Source of the DNA: an uncultured Acidobacteriota bacterium
GTDB taxonomy: Bacteria > Acidobacteriota > Thermoanaerobaculia > Gp7-AA8
Direction of reading: 5' to 3'
NCBI GenBank assembly: GCA_963822445.1
Contig: CAWGHO010000001.1
Coordinates: forward strand, 832,001-896,000
DNA: 64,000 bases
Shown: positions 63,494 to 64,000 of the stretch, in pieces
Numbering within the stretch: the stretch's first letter is position 1
Layout of the letters: each line of letters starts with the position of its first letter
Notes under the pieces: model-generated
What the model saw: the letters and a program-made list of their open reading frames with translations, nothing else
What the model was told of the DNA's origin: nothing
Databases searched by the model: none
Program-made: the position numbers and the translations under genes

Positions 63494-64000
63494 TTATTGC
63501 TTCCCCGATTGCGGCGCAAGATCCTTCACCACCTCACGGAACCGCTCGATGCGCGTCGGATCGTTCACTTCCTGCCGGAACACGATGCCGGTTGCTGTGA
63601 TCCGGATGACTTCTCCGTCGAGGACCTTGTCGCCGACGCGGAGGAGATGCCCCTTGTTATCGGGGCCGTTGATCATGGCCGTCAGACCATGACGTGTTTT
63701 CAAAATGCCCTGGAGCTTCATTTCGTCGATGAGGAACCCGGCCACGCCCGGCGGGCGCTGACCCGGCTCGAGCTTCGGCGCGGGGCCGATGAGCGAGCGG
63801 AACGGATCGCGGCGGCCCTGCGGGTCGTAACGATAGGTGTCGGTGACGGCCGGCTCCTCGAGAATCTCCTCGAGGGTCTTGGCGACTTCGGAGCTGCCCG
63901 TGGTGCCGGTGGCGGTCGTGCCGGTGGTCGTGGTGCTGGTCGCCGGGGCCTGGGCCACCGCCGTGACCACCATGGCCACGACGATCAGCAGCGAGAAAAC
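63494..64000 (-). CDS. pilP: Type IV pilus assembly protein PilP-like (5' partial)
   Basis: Y.PQGRRDPF, L.GI....A......G...RVGD...G.V..I; directly upstream of pilQ. Confidence 0.8.
   Translation of the reverse strand, partial: VFSLLIVVAMVVTAVAQAPATSTTTTGTTATGTTGSSEVAKTLEEILEEPAVTDTYRYDPQGRRDPFRSLIGPAPKLEPGQRPPGVAGFLIDEMKLQGILKTRHGLTAMINGPDNKGHLLRVGDKVLDGEVIRITATGIVFRQEVNDPTRIERFREVVKDLAPQSGKQ

Overview
High-GC bacterial chromosomal window, most likely Acidobacteriota (Thermoanaerobaculia-like; inferred from gene content and style only). Layout: (1) 1-23.4 kb, two convergent surface-polysaccharide operons. The + strand operon carries SDRs, an epimerase, a NeuD-like acyltransferase, a CoA-transferase, a GH36-like hydrolase, a Zn-dehydrogenase and a mutarotase-like protein. 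The - strand operon carries an EPS-type MarR regulator, gmd, fcl, wzx, wzy, glycosyltransferases, methyltransferases and a DegT aminotransferase. (2) 23.5-37.3 kb, a Wzz-like co-polymerase, three tandem secreted zinc metalloproteases sharing an unnamed C-terminal triple 'HxxELR' domain, then rfbA, an epimerase, a rhomboid and a DegT enzyme. (3) tyrS divergent from a his operon with a complete His-leader attenuator, an in-frame palindromic insertion in hisH and a HisA-HisF fusion. (4) An exported amidohydrolase and phosphodiesterase, a sigma54 activator, MscS and a FecR/DUF6600 protein. (5) pilP-pilQ, lipoproteins, TPR, roadblock, accB, accC and aroK. Frameshifts in conserved or essential genes (near 5.2, 35.5, 39.3-39.7 and 54.9-57.4 kb) look like assembly indels. 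No rRNA, tRNA, CRISPR array or transposase was seen.
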